In this document: positions 61,445 through 64,000 of the stretch, piece by piece
Position numbering within the stretch: position 1 is the stretch's first letter
Layout of the letters: each line of letters begins with the position of its first letter
Source: Blastocladiella emersonii ATCC 22665
Lineage: Eukaryota; Fungi; Blastocladiomycota
Reading direction: 5' to 3'
NCBI GenBank assembly: GCA_025594325.1
Contig: JANHCV010000012.1
Location: 1-64,000 of the forward strand
Length of the DNA: 64,000 nucleotides
Translations under genes and position numbers: made by a program
Notes under the pieces: generated by a model
The model's input: only the letters and a program-made list of their open reading frames with translations
What the model was told of the DNA's origin: nothing
Database searches by the model: none

Positions 61445-62740
61445 ATGAGCACGACTGCGATCAACAGCAAGTTGACGGCCGTTGGGCCCAAGGACCTGTG
61501 GACCATCATGAAGGAGGAGGGCGCCGCCGTTCGAGCGTCTGAGGGGTTCGGTGCGCCATCTCGTGGCTGAGCGTGCGGAAAGAACGACGTCGCCTGACGC
61601 GACGTCCTCCGACAGATCTCCAGTCTGGCTCGGAGACATCCATCATGTTCCTCGGCCAAAAATCGAGCGGCAAGTCGAGCATCATTCACCGATTCCTGGA
61701 CAAGAGCGACGTGCCGAGCGCTACGGTCGGTCTCGAGTACACGTACGCTTCCATGCGCGACGTAGGACTTGGACGGTTTCACTGACGAACAGCCCCCTCG
61801 CGAATAGGTATGGTCGCCGCACAAGGGCGACAACCAACGTCAAGGACGTGTCGCACATCTGGGACCTCGGCGGCGGCACGCACATGACCAAGCTGCTCCA
61901 GGTTCCGCTCACGGCCGGGAACGTGCACACGGCCGCCGCGGTCGTGTGCGTTGACCTGTCCCGGGTACGCCATCGATTGCGCTCCCACCGCATTGCGATG
62001 GACTAACGGAGCCCGCCGTTCCGCTGTACGTAGCCTCGAGAGCTCGTTGCCGCCATGGAGCACTTTGTCACGGCGCTGGCGATGCGGGTGGAGGAGATTC
62101 TGGGTGGTCTCGAGAAGCGCGGGTCGAAGCGGCCCAAGGGCCTGCGCGCATTCGCAGCGAAGCGGTACGGCGGCGACCACCCCGACCGCGCTACGCTCAA
62201 GCTGATCCCAGTGACGTGGGCGCTGGTGTGCACCAAGTACGACGCGTTCCGCGACCAGCCCAGCGAGCTGCGGCGAGCCATTGTAAGGCTGGTGCGGTAC
62301 GTCGGGCACGTTTACGGCGGGACCATCATCTTCACGAGCGACCGCGCGGACGAGGCGACGGCGACGCGGGTGCGTCCCAAGGTCACTGCAGCTGTTGACT
62401 CGGACACGCTTCTGACGAGGCACTTGCTGAGTAGATGAAGCAGCTCGTCAGCCACTACACCTTCAAGACGACGCCGCCCAAGCAAGAGACGACTGACCCG
62501 AACCGCGCCGTGTACCTCATCCCTGGATCCGACTCGTTCGAGGACATATTCGCCAACACGGCATACAAGACGGTCGACGACATCAAGGCGCAGATCCAGA
62601 TGCTCCTCTCCAAGTCGGACGGCGTAAGCGATGCGGCCATGTCGGGCCGAGGGGAGAGCGGGTCAGCGGGCAAGCCGGCGAGGCACAAGGCCCTGTCGCC
62701 CGAGCATGCCGAGCCGACGATTGATCAAGAATGTATGTGA
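61445..62740 (+). CDS. DYNC2LI1: Cytoplasmic dynein-2 light intermediate chain (IFT dynein LIC). Exons 61445-61550, 61616-61742, 61808-61964, 62034-62369, 62435-about 62740; terminal exon unresolved
   Basis: Spliced translation gives DLWTIMKEE...IMFLGQKSSGKSSIIHRFLDKSDVPSATVGLEYTYGRR...KDVSHIWDLGGG...VDLSRP...DHPDR...TKYDAF...RYVGHVYGGTIIFTS...DSFEDI, matching D2LIC motifs in order. All four introns are GT-AG with branch sites and keep the frame. Confidence 0.92.
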
Positions 62741-63838
62741 GAGATACTCGTTGCTGATGCTCTATACACTTGTCCTCCCCTCTAACCGCCTCCGACGAGA
62801 AAGCACGAGCGGGATACATGGCATGGCAGGGGACGCGACGCGCCGCGACGCGTGACGCTGCAGGGCCACCGCACCACCGCTCGCGACCCCGCCGTCTGCG
62901 GTGCCAAGTCCGTAGCCAATTACAGAGGTATTCGGGTGGGGTCGCTTCATCAGCGAGGAGCGTCAAGTACAGCCAGCCGCCCGGAGGTCAGTTGGTCGGG
63001 CGGTGCGCGCCACTCGCGCGGTGGCCTCGTTCGGGTCGCTCGCCGCCACGGCACGCCACCGCCCGCCCGCCTTCGCCTCTGCCCTGCCCGCCGTCCATCC
63101 GCCTGCTGCCCCGATACTACTTGCTGCAACGGGTTGCCGACCGCGCCGAAGCATCCATCCCGCTACCCGAGCGCCGCGCCCGAGTTCCTGCTCGAACCTC
63201 TCCCAGGGTGGGTTGTCCGCCGCCGCCGCCGCCCTCCCGCCACCTCCGCCACCCCGCCACCCCGCCGCCCCTGCGCCCACTCCCCATGCACACGCACTCC
63301 CCGAACGCCATGTATCAACTGCACGAACGTCGCCCATGCAACTGCCCGCGTCGTGCCGCGCCGCGCAGGTGCCACGTCGGGCGCCCGAGCGCCCACAGGA
63401 CTGTCACTCTTGCGAATTTGTTCTGCCGCGCTTTGCTGCGAGCCGGGTCGACTCCCGTACTCGTCCTGCCGCCATCTACCGCTCCTTTCGACGCACAGCG
63501 GGCGGGCTCGACTACCACGGTCCTCCTCGGTGTGGCGTCCACCGTGCTGACCGTCGCCCTCACGCTCCGGCGCGACGGCACGCGGTCCCTGCGCTGCTCA
63601 GCGAGAGCCTCGCACTCGGCGGTGTATCCGCAGCCCCCTCGAACGCGCGCACTGTGTTGAACGCCCGTTCCCTCCTACCTCCTCGCTCGCTCTCGTCCAA
63701 ACGCGGGCCAAGTTCCCTGTACTCACGACACCGCCCCGCCCCAACCTTGTAGACCTCCATCTACCTGACGCAGACCTAGTTCTGTCCCTCCGACATCCCC
63801 CGGCTCCTCCGCATCCACCATCTTCACGAGCCTCCGTA

Positions 63839-63968
63839 ATGAGCAAAGGCAACTATCTCCGCGAGTACAAGCTCGTCGTCGTCGGCGGCGGTGGCGTCGG
63901 CAAGTCAGCCCTCACGATCCAGTTCATCCAGTCCCACTTTGTCGACGAGTACGATCCGACCATTGAGG
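63839..63968 (+). CDS. RAS1: Ras GTPase, exon 1 (gene continues beyond the window)
   Basis: [43 protein letters not shown] shows the Ras P-loop and effector region with the fungal-type QFIQSHF. A GTACGC donor follows at 63969. Confidence 0.95.
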
Positions 63969-64000
63969 GTACGCTACGCACTTCTGGCGCTCTCGTTCGC

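Noticed and set aside
62770-63760. Overlapping 232-296 aa Pro/Arg-rich ORFs between DYNC2LI1 and Ras
   Set aside because: This is C-rich low-complexity DNA with stop-poor frames on both strands, most likely UTR/promoter. Only the first few codons might be the DYNC2LI1 last exon.

Overview
Eukaryotic, GC-rich DNA with short GT-AG introns and CTRAC-type branch points. A fungal-type Ras plus a flagellar dynein-2 light intermediate chain point to a zoosporic (chytrid/blastoclad-like) fungus (inference). The window has three zones. (1) 1-39724: a very homogeneous head-to-tail array of a 2766-bp unit (14 full copies plus a 976-bp partial). Each unit combines about 8 diverged AT-rich 137-138-bp monomers with a roughly 1.6-kb GC-rich block carrying 8- and 9-bp microsatellites, i.e. 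a higher-order repeat. (2) About 39726-44203, minus strand: a 5'-truncated, frameshifted non-LTR retrotransposon (RT, RNase H, two Cys/His knuckles) whose 3' end faces the array. It bridges the array and unique DNA with no visible target-site duplication. (3) 44296-64000: compact genes, namely a giant (about 3830 aa) protein of about 11 tandem GRDP/DUF1399-like modules, an ABCG half-transporter, a fragmented candidate PARI/PARPBP-like gene, DYNC2LI1, and exon 1 of Ras. The most interesting features are the array-retroelement junction system, the latent 46-codon LRR-like frame in the monomers (less interrupted at the diverged array edge), and the giant multi-GRDP protein. All family assignments are by eye or from memory; no searches were run.
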